Both the position numbers and the translations under genes were made by a program. The notes under the pieces are model-generated. The model was not told the origin of the DNA. It made no database searches and saw only the letters and a program-made list of their open reading frames with translations. DNA of 64,000 nt from Bacillota bacterium (GTDB taxonomy: Bacteria; Bacillota; DULZ01): positions 163,536 to 227,535 of the forward strand of contig JBMNIZ010000015.1 of the NCBI GenBank assembly GCA_050951405.1, given 5' to 3'. This document shows, piece after piece, positions 30,077-40,836 of this stretch. How positions within the stretch are numbered: position 1 is the first letter of the stretch; every line of letters begins with the position of its first letter.

Positions 30077-32446
30077 CTACTCAATTGACTTTAAAACCTG
30101 CACCAGGCTTAGACGATGAACTTTCCTGGCTGCCGCACGCTGGGCCAGCCAGATGGCTCCGGCAGTAACCAAGAGGGAAATAAGAAAAGACAGAGGAGTC
30201 ACCCGGCTGGGAATGGTATAAACATCGGTGCTGAGCGCTTCCGACATGCCGGCCAACATCAAGTAGCTCAAGGGAATAGCGGCGGCCATGCCGAAAAAAC
30301 CCAAAAACCATTGCTCGAAAGTGATCACAGACAGCACTTCTTGCGCGGTCATTCCCATGACCATCATCGTGGCCAGTTCCCTGTTCCTCTCCGCCAAAGT
30401 GATTACTGCCGAATTGTAAATAATGGCAAAACCGATGACAATGCCCAAGAAAGCATAAAAATAGATCATGCTGCCAAAAGAATCCATCAATTCCCGGGTT
30501 TTCTTCATCAATTCCCCTGTCTCAACAATCTCATTAACCACGGCACTGTCCCTGTACCGGTTTTTCAGAGAAGAAATGGAAGAGGAATCCATTTGAGCGG
30601 TAAAAGCAGTGACCAGCTTTCCTTGATGCAAAAAGTCCTGCAGTGCGCCCAGTTCCATATAAGCATTAATGCCTAAATACTGGGGGATCACCCCTGCTAC
30701 CCGAATTGCTTTGGTTTCCTCATTATTTGGCAAAAAAGGGCTTTCCAGCTGCAGCCAAGTACCCGGCTCCGCATCGAGAAGTTTGGCCAACCTTTCGGAA
30801 AGGAGGATACCGTCCCGGGGAGGAGCCAGCTGCCGGTAACCGGCATCGAGAATGCGATAATGCTGTCCCCCGGCCGGTATCCCCAGCAACAGCACATCTT
30901 TCTCCAACCATTGGTTTTTCAAGGTGACCGGCACTTCCGCCATGGGCTCCAAGCTGTTCATCCCGGGAAAACGGATCAGCTCTCCATAAACCTGATCCTG
31001 CTTCAGGGGGCGGCTGAAAATGATCTTTACATCGTAGGTCTCCACCTTTTCATACTGGTCATAAAGCATCATTTGCACCAGATCGTTCATGGACCAGGTG
31101 AAGCCTACCAGGGAGAAACTGACCATTATACCTAAGAAAACGAAAAGGCTCCGTCCCTTATTCCGGATAATATTGCGAACGGCCATTTTCCCTTGAATTG
31201 TGAGCATGTTCCAAACAAAGGGAAGTTTCTCCAGCAGTATTTTCTTCCCCACCGGAAGGCCCGGAGGCCGCATGGCTGCAGCCGGCTGCAGGGAAAGCAC
31301 CGACCGGCATCCCCCATAACCGGCCAGCGCGGCAATCCCGGTGGATAACAAGCTTCCGGAAATTGAATAAACAGGCGAAATCATCCCCATCTGACTGGGC
31401 ATATTAAAGAACATCTCATACAGTTTTGTGAAGGGACGGGCCAATGCCAGCCCCAAAAAAGCTCCCATCAGTCCCCCGGCAAAGCCGATAATCATGGCAT
31501 AAAGCAAATAATGAGAGATTATTTCCCGGTCCGTATAGCCGAAACCTTTGAGCACACCAATTTGACCCCTCTGCTGCTCCACCATTCTCTTCAACATAAT
31601 ATAGAGAATGGCGCCGGCTATGGAAAGAAATAATAATGGTACAGCTTTTGCCGCCACTTCCAGTCCTTCCAGTTCCTGGATAAGGATCTGGTGACTGACC
31701 TGATCTTCCCGGGGATAGATATTTATTAAGCCGTATTTTTTCAGTTCAGCTTCCAGCTTCAATTCCACGTCTTCATAATCGGCTCCCGGCAGCAAGGTAA
31801 AAATAAGATTATTCACCCGGTCTCCTTCCTGAAACAGCTTCTTCATGGTCTCCCATGGGAGAAAAGCAACGCCAAAGGTCTCGGGAGAAGGAAACAAATC
31901 ACCGCTGCCGCGTAGAGCATAAACGAACTCCGGACTCCTTCCCATACCCACCAGCCGGAGCTGCTGCCTTTTCCCGGCAATCAACACGGTGATCTCATCA
32001 TTGAGTTCCAGGTTATTGGCGGCAAAAAAAGCGTTGTCCACCCACATTTCCAGGTCTTTTTCCCTAAGGGGCCTCCCCTCCATCAATTCCACGCTGTTTA
32101 AAGGATTTTCCTCATTAAGGTCAAGAGAGATCAGCCTTAAAAAAACATTTTCCTCCCGCCCGGGTAAAAGGACCCTTGCTTCCTTGATGAGGCGCCCTTC
32201 CATCCGGTCAATTCCCTCAATGTTTCTTAACCTCTGTACTTCTCCTAAAGGCATGCCCTGGATCTCCGCAAAACCGTCCGCGAAATTATGTTGCGCGTAA
32301 AAATCCCTTTGGGAGGCCTTTAAATTGTCGCTGAGAATTGAAAATAAGGTATAAATCATCAAGCCGATGACGATCACTACCAGGCAAGCGGCACAGGCTC
32401 CCCTATTGTCATTCAAATCCCGAATTGTTTTTCTCCAAAGCATCAC
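30077..32446 (-). CDS. ABC transporter permease with duplicated FtsX domains (MacB-like)
   Basis: 789 aa with two FtsX/MacB-type 4-TM modules. Confidence 0.85.
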   Translation of the reverse strand: MMLWRKTIRDLNDNRGACAACLVVIVIGLMIYTLFSILSDNLKASQRDFYAQHNFADGFAEIQGMPLGEVQRLRNIEGIDRMEGRLIKEARVLLPGREENVFLRLISLDLNEENPLNSVELMEGRPLREKDLEMWVDNAFFAANNLELNDEITVLIAGKRQQLRLVGMGRSPEFVYALRGSGDLFPSPETFGVAFLPWETMKKLFQEGDRVNNLIFTLLPGADYEDVELKLEAELKKYGLINIYPREDQVSHQILIQELEGLEVAAKAVPLLFLSIAGAILYIMLKRMVEQQRGQIGVLKGFGYTDREIISHYLLYAMIIGFAGGLMGAFLGLALARPFTKLYEMFFNMPSQMGMISPVYSISGSLLSTGIAALAGYGGCRSVLSLQPAAAMRPPGLPVGKKILLEKLPFVWNMLTIQGKMAVRNIIRNKGRSLFVFLGIMVSFSLVGFTWSMNDLVQMMLYDQYEKVETYDVKIIFSRPLKQDQVYGELIRFPGMNSLEPMAEVPVTLKNQWLEKDVLLLGIPAGGQHYRILDAGYRQLAPPRDGILLSERLAKLLDAEPGTWLQLESPFLPNNEETKAIRVAGVIPQYLGINAYMELGALQDFLHQGKLVTAFTAQMDSSSISSLKNRYRDSAVVNEIVETGELMKKTRELMDSFGSMIYFYAFLGIVIGFAIIYNSAVITLAERNRELATMMVMGMTAQEVLSVITFEQWFLGFFGMAAAIPLSYLMLAGMSEALSTDVYTIPSRVTPLSFLISLLVTAGAIWLAQRAAARKVHRLSLVQVLKSIE

Positions 32447-33189
32447 CAGCGTACCTCCTCGGGAGAAATGGGATGACGGTTAACTTCAACTTTGTCGATC
32501 ACTCCGTCTTTTAAGTGGAAAATACGCTGGGCAATGGGAGCAATGGCCGTATTATGGGTAATGATCACCACTGTTTTGCCGTAAAGCCGACAGGAATCTG
32601 CCAATAACTGCAACACCTGAATGCTGGTCTGAAAATCCAGGGCACCGGTAGGCTCATCGCAGAGAATCATTTCCGGATTTTTCACCAAAGCCCGGGCAAT
32701 GGCCACTCTCTGCTGTTCTCCGCCGGACAATTGGGAAGGAAAATGTTCCTTTCGATCTCCCAAACCTACTTTCTCCAAGAGTTCATCCACAGAAAGAGGA
32801 TTTTTCGCAATCTGAGCCGCCAGATCAACGTTTTCATAAGCAGTCAAGTTGGGGATCAAATTATAAAACTGAAAAACAAAACCCACCTGGTTTCTCCGAT
32901 AAAAAGTCAACTGCCTGGCATCGACTCGGTGCAAAGCCTGGTCCCGATAATACAGCTCCCCGCTGGTGGCCTGATCCATGCCCCCGATAATGTTCAAAAG
33001 AGTAGTCTTGCCGGAACCGCTTGGTCCCAGGACCACCACCAGCTCACCGCCGAACAAGTCCAGGTCAATTCCTTTCAGCGGCTCCACCTGCACATCCCCC
33101 ATTTGGTAAACCTTGCGTAATTTCCTGGCCCGGATTACAGCTTGCACTGCTTCTCCCCCTTTCTGCCGCCGCTGCTCTCTCTTAATCAT
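32443..33189 (-). CDS. ABC transporter ATP-binding protein (MacB/LolD type)
   Basis: Walker A (GPSGSGKTT), signature ([15 protein letters not shown]) and Walker B motifs. Confidence 0.85.
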   Translation of the reverse strand: MIKREQRRQKGGEAVQAVIRARKLRKVYQMGDVQVEPLKGIDLDLFGGELVVVLGPSGSGKTTLLNIIGGMDQATSGELYYRDQALHRVDARQLTFYRRNQVGFVFQFYNLIPNLTAYENVDLAAQIAKNPLSVDELLEKVGLGDRKEHFPSQLSGGEQQRVAIARALVKNPEMILCDEPTGALDFQTSIQVLQLLADSCRLYGKTVVIITHNTAIAPIAQRIFHLKDGVIDKVEVNRHPISPEEVRW

Positions 33190-33399
33190 AGCTTTTTACC
33201 GTATAATAATCCAGCCTAGCCGGCTGATGAATTTCCGCCAAAATCCAGTCCGCCACCCGAATTGAAAGCATGGCCTAGTAATTTCTAGAAAAATAGGTCT
33301 AAGAACTGTCAGATAAGGCGAGAAGGGCATATTTGTCCCTTGACATAAAAAAATAAGGCATGCTAAACTAATTAGCATAAATTAATTGAAAAAATCATA

Positions 33400-33550
33400 T
33401 GCAGGCCGAAGTCTCTTCATGAGCGCGGGGGAACCAACAACAAAAGGGGCGAATTTCCAGTTGCCATACTGCCATACTGGGATAGGGCTTACCCGGGTCC
33501 GAGCCCGTCAGCTAACCTCGTAGGCTTTAGCGGGCATAGCTGTTAAAGGC
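33400..33550 (+). ncRNA. c-di-AMP riboswitch (ydaO/kimA class) in the opuA leader
   Basis: The conserved segments GGGGAACCAA, GGGGCGAAUUUCC, CCGGGUCCGAGCCCGUCAGCUAACCUCGUAGGC match my recollection of the ydaO consensus (GGGGAGCCA...CCGAAUCCGUCAGCUAACCUCGUAAGC). It lies upstream of an osmolyte ABC importer, the typical regulon. Confidence 0.6.
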
Positions 33551-33701
33551 AATCTTTTACCGGCAATCTCAGCCGTCTGCCTTTAATATTTAAGTCTTCG
33601 ACCATTTATATTCCTTTACGGTTTATTCATGAAATTAATTAAAGGAACTATGCCTGCCTTGGTCCCTGCTCAGGCCTGCGGACGAAAAGGGAGGTTTTTT
33701 T

Positions 33702-34748
33702 GTGCTTTTTTTCCAAAGGGCGGCAACAAGGAAAAAGGTTTTGTGCCTGGCACTGTTTTGTATCTTGATCTTACCCATGATCGGTTGTTCATCAGAAACG
33801 GAAACAACAGGCGGAGATGACCAGAAGCAGACGATTGTTTTGGCAGACGCCAGCTGGGACAGCATCCAGGTCCATAACCGCATCGTGGGTTTCATCCTGG
33901 AAAATGGCTATGGCTACCCGGTGGACTATCTTTTCGGGGAAACATTACCTCTCCTCCAGGGACTGCGCAACGGCGATGTTCAGATCTACATGGAGATTTG
34001 GGCGGACAACATTTTAGAAGCCTGGGAAAAAGCGCTGAACGAAGGCAGCGTGCAAAACTTGGGGGTTAATTTTCCTGACGCACCTCAAGGTTGGTATGTG
34101 CCCACCTACCTCATCCAAGGGGATCCGGCCAGAGGATTAGAGCCTGTAGCTCCCGATTTAAAATCCGTCTTCGATCTGCCCCGCTATAAAGATCTTTTCC
34201 CAGATCAGGAAGTATCATCCAAAGGGCGTTTCCATAACAGCCCCCCGGGATGGGTCTGCACCGCCATCAACGAAGAAAAAATTGCCGCTTACGGTCTTGA
34301 TGAACATTTTAATATATTCAGCACCGGATCCGATACTGCTCTGGTAACATCCATGGTCAGCGCTTACGAAAAAGGCGAGCCCTGGCTCGGTTACTACTGG
34401 GAGCCCACCTGGGTCATGGGTAAACTGGATATGACCCGGCTGGAAGAACCCGCTTACAGCCAGGAGGTCTGGGATCAGGATAAAGCTTGTGCCTACCCCT
34501 TTGCCAGGGTATTTAAAGGCATTCACTCCGGTTTGCGGGACCAAGCCCCGGAAATTATCGATTTTCTGGAAAAATACGAAACAAGCCTGGACCAAAATAA
34601 TGATATGCTCTCTTATCTCATAGACGTGGACGGGGACACAGAAAAAGCCGCTGTCTACTTTTTGAAAAACTATCCTGAAGTCTGGCAGAGCTGGCTGCCG
34701 GAGGAGTTGGTGGCCAAAGTGGAAACCGCTTTAAATGAGGTGGACTAA
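33702..34748 (+). CDS. Glycine betaine/proline ABC transporter substrate-binding lipoprotein (OpuAC/ProX-like)
   Basis: GTG start with an AAGGGAGG RBS and a lipobox (LPMIGC). Confidence 0.8.
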   Translation: MLFFQRAATRKKVLCLALFCILILPMIGCSSETETTGGDDQKQTIVLADASWDSIQVHNRIVGFILENGYGYPVDYLFGETLPLLQGLRNGDVQIYMEIWADNILEAWEKALNEGSVQNLGVNFPDAPQGWYVPTYLIQGDPARGLEPVAPDLKSVFDLPRYKDLFPDQEVSSKGRFHNSPPGWVCTAINEEKIAAYGLDEHFNIFSTGSDTALVTSMVSAYEKGEPWLGYYWEPTWVMGKLDMTRLEEPAYSQEVWDQDKACAYPFARVFKGIHSGLRDQAPEIIDFLEKYETSLDQNNDMLSYLIDVDGDTEKAAVYFLKNYPEVWQSWLPEELVAKVETALNEVD

Positions 34749-35645
34749 ATGAAAAATCCCTTTGAAATATTAATTGAAGTGATTGATTTGTGGAAAGTGT
34801 TTGGTGCCCCTCCAAATACCGATGTGCGTGAAGCGGTGGAGCTGGCCAAACAAGAGAAGAAAAACGGCCTTGTCTGCGCCGTCCGCGCTGTTTCCTTTCA
34901 AGTGAGAAGAGGAGAAGTCTTTGTGATCATGGGCCTGTCCGGCAGCGGCAAGTCAACTCTGATTCGCTGCTTGGCCCGTTTGATCGAGCCCAGCTCCGGT
35001 CAAGTCCTGGTTAACGGCCGGGATGTGGTTTCCATGGGGAGCCAATCCTTGACGGAATTCCGCCGGAGGGAAATTGCCATGGTTTTTCAACATTATGGCC
35101 TGCTGCCTCACCGGACGGTTCTGGAAAACGTGCATTTCGGCTTAAAATTACGGGGCGAGAAGCGCGCTGCCAGAGAAGAAAAAGCAATAGAGGTCATCCA
35201 ACAAGTAGGTCTTTCCGGCTGGGAAAACCACTATCCCCACCAGCTTTCCGGCGGGATGCGCCAGCGAGTGGGCATTGCCAGGGCTCTGGTTCAGGATACG
35301 GAAATATTGCTGATGGACGAACCCTTTAGCGGCTTGGATCCATTGATCAGAAGGGAAATGCAAGACGAATTGCTCAGACTGCAGAAGGAGTTTCAAAAAA
35401 CCATTATTTTTGTCACCCATGACTTAAGCGAAGCCCTTCGCTTGGGAAACCGCATGGCAGTGATGAAAGAAGGCAGTTTTGTCCAGATCGGCACTCCCGG
35501 CGAAATAGTAGCCAATCCTGCCGACGATTATGTCAGACGTTTTGTCCAGGACGAAAGGAAACTGATGCATCTGCAAGAAGGAAAAGTGGAGCATCTGAAT
35601 CTGAAAAGAGATCATTTGCAATCTCTAAAAAATGTCATGCCTTGA
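34749..35645 (+). CDS. Glycine betaine/proline ABC transporter ATPase (OpuAA/ProV-like, no CBS pair)
   Basis: Walker A (GLSGSGKST) and signature (LSGGMRQRVGIARAL) motifs. Confidence 0.85.
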   Translation: MKNPFEILIEVIDLWKVFGAPPNTDVREAVELAKQEKKNGLVCAVRAVSFQVRRGEVFVIMGLSGSGKSTLIRCLARLIEPSSGQVLVNGRDVVSMGSQSLTEFRRREIAMVFQHYGLLPHRTVLENVHFGLKLRGEKRAAREEKAIEVIQQVGLSGWENHYPHQLSGGMRQRVGIARALVQDTEILLMDEPFSGLDPLIRREMQDELLRLQKEFQKTIIFVTHDLSEALRLGNRMAVMKEGSFVQIGTPGEIVANPADDYVRRFVQDERKLMHLQEGKVEHLNLKRDHLQSLKNVMP

Positions 35646-36511
35646 TTGGTGGTGAAAACATGTTTCCGGAAGCGCTGTCTTTTACCGTGGCTCCTTATAT
35701 TGACATCTTTGTAGACTGGTTAAAAGCTGCAGGCGGTCCTCTCTTTTCCGCCTTTTCCGATACGGTCTTGGCCTTTCTGCTGAAAATCGAAGCTTTTTTA
35801 CTGGTTACTCCCTGGTGGATCTGGATTGCCGTTGTGATCTTCATTAGTTGGTGGCAAACGCGCCGCTGGTGGAACTCACTAGGCTTGGGGCTGCTTTTAA
35901 TCACTATTGGAGTTTTGGGTCTATGGGACGTGACCATGAAAACCCTGGCCATAGTCATTGTTTCGGTGTTGATTTCCATCTTGCTGGGCATACCGCTGGG
36001 TATGACTATGGCCGAATCAAATCGCTTTAATGCGGCTGTCACCCCGCTCCTGGACGCTATGCAAACCATGCCCAGCTTTGTTTACCTGATCCCGGCCATG
36101 ATGTTGTTTCACCTGGGCAAAGTACCGGCCATAGTAGCTACAGTGATCTATGCTTTGCCTCCTGTGGTTCGCCTCACCAATCTGGGCATACGACAGGTAG
36201 CGTCCACAATTCAAGAAAGTGCCATAGCTTTTGGGGCGACCCGCTGGCAGCTAATCAAAGAAGTACGATTACCCTTAGCCGTCCCTTCCATCATGGCCGG
36301 CATTAACCAGACAACCATGATGGCCTTATCCATGGTGGTGATCTGCAGCATGATCGGCGCCGGAGGCTTGGGGCAAAAGGTACTGGTCGCCACCAATCAT
36401 ATTGCCGTTGGAGACGGTTTTGAAGCCGGCTGGGCAATTGTGGCTCTGGCCATTGTCATCGATCGCCTCACACAAGGGCTGATCAAAAAATGGGAAATAC
36501 CACAGGCTTAA
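35642..36511 (+). CDS. Glycine betaine/proline ABC transporter permease (OpuAB/ProW-like)
   Basis: BPD-transport inner-membrane component with translational overlap with the ATPase gene. Confidence 0.85.
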   Translation: MIGGENMFPEALSFTVAPYIDIFVDWLKAAGGPLFSAFSDTVLAFLLKIEAFLLVTPWWIWIAVVIFISWWQTRRWWNSLGLGLLLITIGVLGLWDVTMKTLAIVIVSVLISILLGIPLGMTMAESNRFNAAVTPLLDAMQTMPSFVYLIPAMMLFHLGKVPAIVATVIYALPPVVRLTNLGIRQVASTIQESAIAFGATRWQLIKEVRLPLAVPSIMAGINQTTMMALSMVVICSMIGAGGLGQKVLVATNHIAVGDGFEAGWAIVALAIVIDRLTQGLIKKWEIPQA

Positions 36512-36579
36512 CCAAACTAGCTCCCGCCTCCTCTCCATCCCTTTCTCAACGATCAAAAATCGACTGATCGCAGGCACAA

Positions 36580-36616
36580 GGAGGAGAGGGGGCTTTTCCT
36601 TTTTTTGTCCCCTTTT
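36580..36616 (+). terminator. Intrinsic terminator after the opuA operon (GGGGG-loop-CCCC + TTTTT)
   Basis: Hairpin plus a T-run on the plus strand. Confidence 0.5.
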
Positions 36617-36626
36617 TACCCGCAAT

Positions 36627-36800
36627 TAACCTTTCTCTGGCTTAAATTTCAAAAGAGTACTGCTACAGTTCATACAAATCGGCTTTTTGGCTAAATATAA
36701 TTGCAGGATTTCCTCCTCGTTAGCCGGATCGCCGATTATTTTGATGGGATGCTTACAGTGGGGACACCGGTAAACAATGCTGGTCTTCCGCTTTTCCATA
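36627..36800 (-). CDS. Unannotated zinc-ribbon protein of about 57 aa (CPHC...CMNC)
   Basis: My own translation: MEKRKTSIVYRCPHCKHPIKIIGDPANEEEILQLYLAKKPICMNCSSTLLKFKPEKG. A GGAAAGGAAGAGG RBS is present. Coordinates are accurate to about 1 nt. Confidence 0.4.
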
Positions 36801-36988
36801 AAGCCTCTTCCTTTCCGTTCAAAGAACCGCCACGATTTGCGGCAACTAAAACTTACCCAGCTAAGTTATGTTACATTAATACTCCCGTCTTTGCAAGATG
36901 ACTTCTTAAAATTTTTTTAAATAATAATTACGCCTCCAATCGTGTCAAACGACCGCATTTCCTTGTGCTATGCTGTTTTTAGACAGAA

Positions 36989-37300
36989 GTGGGAAAGAGA
37001 GGGCTGGGCTTGTCTTTTGGCAAAAGACTAAAAAAGCTAAGAAAGGAAAAGAAGATCAGTCAGGAAAAGCTGGCGGATATTATCGGTATCAGCCGCTCCA
37101 CCTTGTCCATGTATGAACTTGACAAAAGGGAGCCGGATATCGCCAACATCGTCAAGTTTGCAGACTTCTTCGGGGTCTCTACCGACTATCTCCTGGGAAA
37201 GGAATCGGAACCGGGGCCTCACCCTCTACCCTTGGAAGAACTCAAAGCCCTGATCAGGCTTATTGTAAAAGAAGTGGCCGAGGAATATAGAAAACAATAG
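36989..37300 (+). CDS. XRE-family HTH transcriptional regulator
   Basis: HTH_3 motif (LRKEKKISQEKLADIIGISRSTLSMYE). Confidence 0.7.
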   Translation: MGKRGLGLSFGKRLKKLRKEKKISQEKLADIIGISRSTLSMYELDKREPDIANIVKFADFFGVSTDYLLGKESEPGPHPLPLEELKALIRLIVKEVAEEYRKQ

Positions 37301-37355
37301 GAGGAATGGCTTTTACTCATCGGCCGGCCCCGGGCTTGATCCGGGGCCGGATTTT

Positions 37356-38234
37356 TCAATGCAGGTTCTCATTGACAGCCTCCAAAAGGGACAAATGATA
37401 GGCCGCCTCCCGGGCCATGTGATCAGCCAAGGCAGGGGGGAAATTGACTTGTCCGGTGGGCACCCGACACCGGCTGATTTCTCCGAAAAGTTTTTCCAGG
37501 TAGTCCTGCCACTGCCGGACCAACCTTTCAATTCCCTGATTCACTCTTTTGATGCCCTGGGGAGAAAGAGGCATTCTCTGCACCCTTCCCAGCTCGGACT
37601 TCAGTCTCCTTTCCCAGTCCCGGACTTCCCTAAGGAGCTCTCTCTGTGTTACCGGCCGCAAATAAATCCCCAACACCCCGGCATGTTCTGCATGCTGATG
37701 AAGCCAGAAAAGGTTTTCCTCCAGGGAGATATCCCTGAGCCGGTCCTGAAAACCGGGAATTAATAAACGGGGGACCAGAAAGGTTGGCAAGTTTCCATCC
37801 GGTATCCCCAGCTCCTCTCTGCTGGGAGTGGGCCTGCCCTGAATCCTCAGCATCTTACCTAAAAAGTACTCTGCTTCCCGGCGCAGATGATCAATCAACT
37901 CTCCCGGACGATTGCTCAAGACCCGGCAATTGTCGATCAGCTTTGCCAGGTCGGCTTTGAAATCCCTGAACTTTTCTGTCAGATACCCGCTTTTCTTCAT
38001 GAGATCCGCCACTTCCGGTGGCCCTGGAAGGGGAAGCTGAACCCGCCTCAGGAGTTCATCATAGTCCAGGCTAAATCGGTCGGAAATCCGGAAAAGCCTT
38101 TCCTCCATCAGGTCAAAGCCGTTTCTGATCAATTTGGCATGATCAGCCATAATCCGTAACCAGAAGCGCATTTCTTCCAGGGCTGCCTCCAGTTCCAGAG
38201 GCAGCCTCTGATCATAGGCTGCTCCTTCCAACAT
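37356..38234 (-). CDS. DUF2935-like protein with an internal duplication
   Basis: Two related halves (HAKLIRNGF / HAEHAGVLG). Function unknown. Confidence 0.55.
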   Translation of the reverse strand: MLEGAAYDQRLPLELEAALEEMRFWLRIMADHAKLIRNGFDLMEERLFRISDRFSLDYDELLRRVQLPLPGPPEVADLMKKSGYLTEKFRDFKADLAKLIDNCRVLSNRPGELIDHLRREAEYFLGKMLRIQGRPTPSREELGIPDGNLPTFLVPRLLIPGFQDRLRDISLEENLFWLHQHAEHAGVLGIYLRPVTQRELLREVRDWERRLKSELGRVQRMPLSPQGIKRVNQGIERLVRQWQDYLEKLFGEISRCRVPTGQVNFPPALADHMAREAAYHLSLLEAVNENLH

Positions 38235-38369
38235 CCCTTACCCTCCCTCCTTTTGGGATTTAATGTATTGTACGCAAAGGAAAGGAAGTCGGTTACTTGA
38301 CTCGGTCCAAATTGGGCAAAACCGGAGGGAGAAAGGAAACAAAAAGCCGGCATAAACCGGCGGAAACAG

Positions 38370-39968
38370 CTATTTCTCCTCTTTTCTCTTTTTCGGCCTT
38401 CCGGCAATCCCCAAACGTGCGGCCGAATGATCCTTGCCTAGATAGAAATTGAGCCAAGAAGAGGTCTGGTATAAATCCCAATTACAAGGCGCAACAGTAT
38501 AAGCTTGCAGATTATCCTCCTCCTCATATTTCTTCAACCTGGCATAGGCCCGGACCCAGGCACATTTCCTTTCCTGCGGATAGACCTCGCACCAACCATG
38601 GTAACTGCCTTCGCAGGCACCGTTACGCTGGTTTTTTGGACATTGGGACATGGGACAAAGATAAGCCAGATCTAAAAGAGCGCAATCCCCACAGTCCTTG
38701 CAGTCATAAAGCAGTACTTTTGCCAAATGTTCAAACCAGTGGTAAGTTTTTTCCAGGGAAGATCCTTCCACCCTGCGAGCCAAACCCTGCATCAGGCTGA
38801 ACAGATTCTTATCCGGCTCAAAAGCCAGCTTATGGACAAACCTGGACAAGGGGTAGACATACTCCACCGGTGCCTCCAGAGGGCGTCCTTTCCTGTTCAT
38901 TGGCTTTTCCACGTTAAGTCCTGTTTTTTCATCTTTTTCAAAGTAATAAAAGCCGCCAGGTATGGGATAATCCAAATCTCTTACATAGTCCAACCAGTTT
39001 GGGGCCAGTTCTTCTCCTTTCTCGATGACATACTCCACCTGCTCATATTTTACATTAAAGCCGCCGATATGGACCCCCCGGTAACCCATTCCCTTCAGCA
39101 CCGCATACATTTTAGCTGCTCTCAATAGCCTTTCCCCAACTCCTTTATCAGGAGCCTGACGTTCTTCATCCAGTTCTGCCACCAGCTTATCGGTAACTAC
39201 ACAGCCCGGAATGCGATTGGCATTCATGGTTCGGGCCACACCAAAAGGCAAAATGTAAATATTACCGATCAAGGGCACATCCCAACCATGCAGCTGCATA
39301 TACAACAGCACTTCATGAAATTTCCTGGCGTCATAGCCCACCTGGGTCACAATAAATTTGGCACCGGCTTCCAGCTTTTTCTTCAGTTTGTAATATTGCA
39401 GAAGCTGTTCTGCTTCCGTAGCTTTGAAAGGAGAGACGGCAGCACCGGCAAAAAAATCGCTGGGCTGGTGTTTGACAGTTCCTTTCAGGTCCCGGTATTC
39501 AAGACCCTTATTCATATTTTCAATCAATTCCAAGGTATGAATGGGATCCAAATCGAAAACAGGCTTGGCCCTTCCTTTAAATCCGGTGACAGGATAATCA
39601 CCGGTCATCACCAGAAGATTCCTTACTCCCGCCCGGTCCAGAGCATAAAGTTGACTTTCCATCTGATTTCGGTTCTTGTCTTTACAGGTAAAATGGACCA
39701 GAGGTTCAATCCCTTTTTGAAAAATTTCCAAGCCCAGATAATCAGCCAACATGGCTGGATTCCCACCGGGATTATCAGTAATAGTCAAAGCGTGGATTCT
39801 TTTTCCCTTGGCCGCCTGCTGGGCAGCCGCCACCGCCGCTTCCTGGGGAGTTTCCCGGGCTCCTCTTCCCGGCACCAGTTCCCAAGTCACCGAAAAGCTA
39901 TTTTTGTCCAAAAGAGACTCCTTGAATTTGTTTCCCAAGAGAATTCCCCCTAACCAAGATAAAAACAA
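38370..39968 (-). CDS. metF: Methylenetetrahydrofolate reductase fused to a C-terminal Cys-rich MTHFR_C (MetV-like) domain
   Basis: The N-terminal ~300 aa carry the MTHFR fold. The C-terminal ~200 aa carry CKDCGDCALLDLAYLCPMSQCP...C. Confidence 0.7.
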   Translation of the reverse strand: MFLSWLGGILLGNKFKESLLDKNSFSVTWELVPGRGARETPQEAAVAAAQQAAKGKRIHALTITDNPGGNPAMLADYLGLEIFQKGIEPLVHFTCKDKNRNQMESQLYALDRAGVRNLLVMTGDYPVTGFKGRAKPVFDLDPIHTLELIENMNKGLEYRDLKGTVKHQPSDFFAGAAVSPFKATEAEQLLQYYKLKKKLEAGAKFIVTQVGYDARKFHEVLLYMQLHGWDVPLIGNIYILPFGVARTMNANRIPGCVVTDKLVAELDEERQAPDKGVGERLLRAAKMYAVLKGMGYRGVHIGGFNVKYEQVEYVIEKGEELAPNWLDYVRDLDYPIPGGFYYFEKDEKTGLNVEKPMNRKGRPLEAPVEYVYPLSRFVHKLAFEPDKNLFSLMQGLARRVEGSSLEKTYHWFEHLAKVLLYDCKDCGDCALLDLAYLCPMSQCPKNQRNGACEGSYHGWCEVYPQERKCAWVRAYARLKKYEEEDNLQAYTVAPCNWDLYQTSSWLNFYLGKDHSAARLGIAGRPKKRKEEK

Positions 39969-40081
39969 ATCCCCGGCAAATCAATTACCAGGTTTAATTT
40001 CTGCAGACAAAAAGCTTATCCTCCTAACTTGCCATAAAATTACGAAATATCAAAGAAAAATACAATGGGAGGAGGCCATTT

Positions 40082-40786
40082 TTAGATTAACTCCAGCCTG
40101 GATAGAAGGTAAAGACCGGCTAAGATCAGCGGCTGATGAGCCAGGTAAAGGATCAGGGTCCGCCTGCCCAGAGAAGAGATGGGGTTAGGAGGAAAGTTAA
40201 TGGAAAAAAGACGATTTCCCGCCGGGTAAAAGATCTTGGCCAGGGCTACCCCGTAAAGAAAAATCCCTGAATAGGGAAGAAGGGGAAAATAATCTAATGA
40301 CGCATATTCCTGGCTGCGCAGTCCTAGAAAAAACAGCAGGTCCCCTCCCATGGGGATTCTCAGAAAGATCTCCCCGATGATGATTGTTAGCGTACCCCAC
40401 CAAAAAGCGGCAAAAGGGCTCAAAAAACGATAAAAGCGGTAAAAAAGCATATTCCAGCCAAGCAGGTGGAGGATGCCAAAGGCAATCCAGTTCCGGGCAT
40501 CGTAAAAATAAGTGACCAGGCTGATGCCGAAAGCCACAGCCAAGACCCGGACGGCCCTCCTCACATTGTTTCTGCTAAAAGCACAGCTCATCCCGCTAAT
40601 CAAAATAAAAGTCCAGCCGGAAACCTTGCCCAGCCAATAGTAAAATCCCCCTTCCAAATCAAAAGGATAATCGTAAAATACTTTCAAATCCCAGACCAGA
40701 TGAAAAACAATCATGCCCAAAAGAGCCAATCCCCTGAAGAAATCAATCTCCTCAAAACGCCCTCGGCTTTTATTCCTTGTCTCCAT
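40082..40786 (-). CDS. DUF1624 / heparan-alpha-glucosaminide N-acetyltransferase-like membrane protein
   Basis: Polytopic membrane protein with an EEIDFFRGLALLGMI N-terminus. Likely start at METRNKS. Confidence 0.65.
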   Translation of the reverse strand: METRNKSRGRFEEIDFFRGLALLGMIVFHLVWDLKVFYDYPFDLEGGFYYWLGKVSGWTFILISGMSCAFSRNNVRRAVRVLAVAFGISLVTYFYDARNWIAFGILHLLGWNMLFYRFYRFLSPFAAFWWGTLTIIIGEIFLRIPMGGDLLFFLGLRSQEYASLDYFPLLPYSGIFLYGVALAKIFYPAGNRLFSINFPPNPISSLGRRTLILYLAHQPLILAGLYLLSRLELI

Positions 40787-40836
40787 GATCAATATTCCCC
40801 TTTTCCGCGGAAAAGCCCGTCTGCCGGCCCTCCCCT

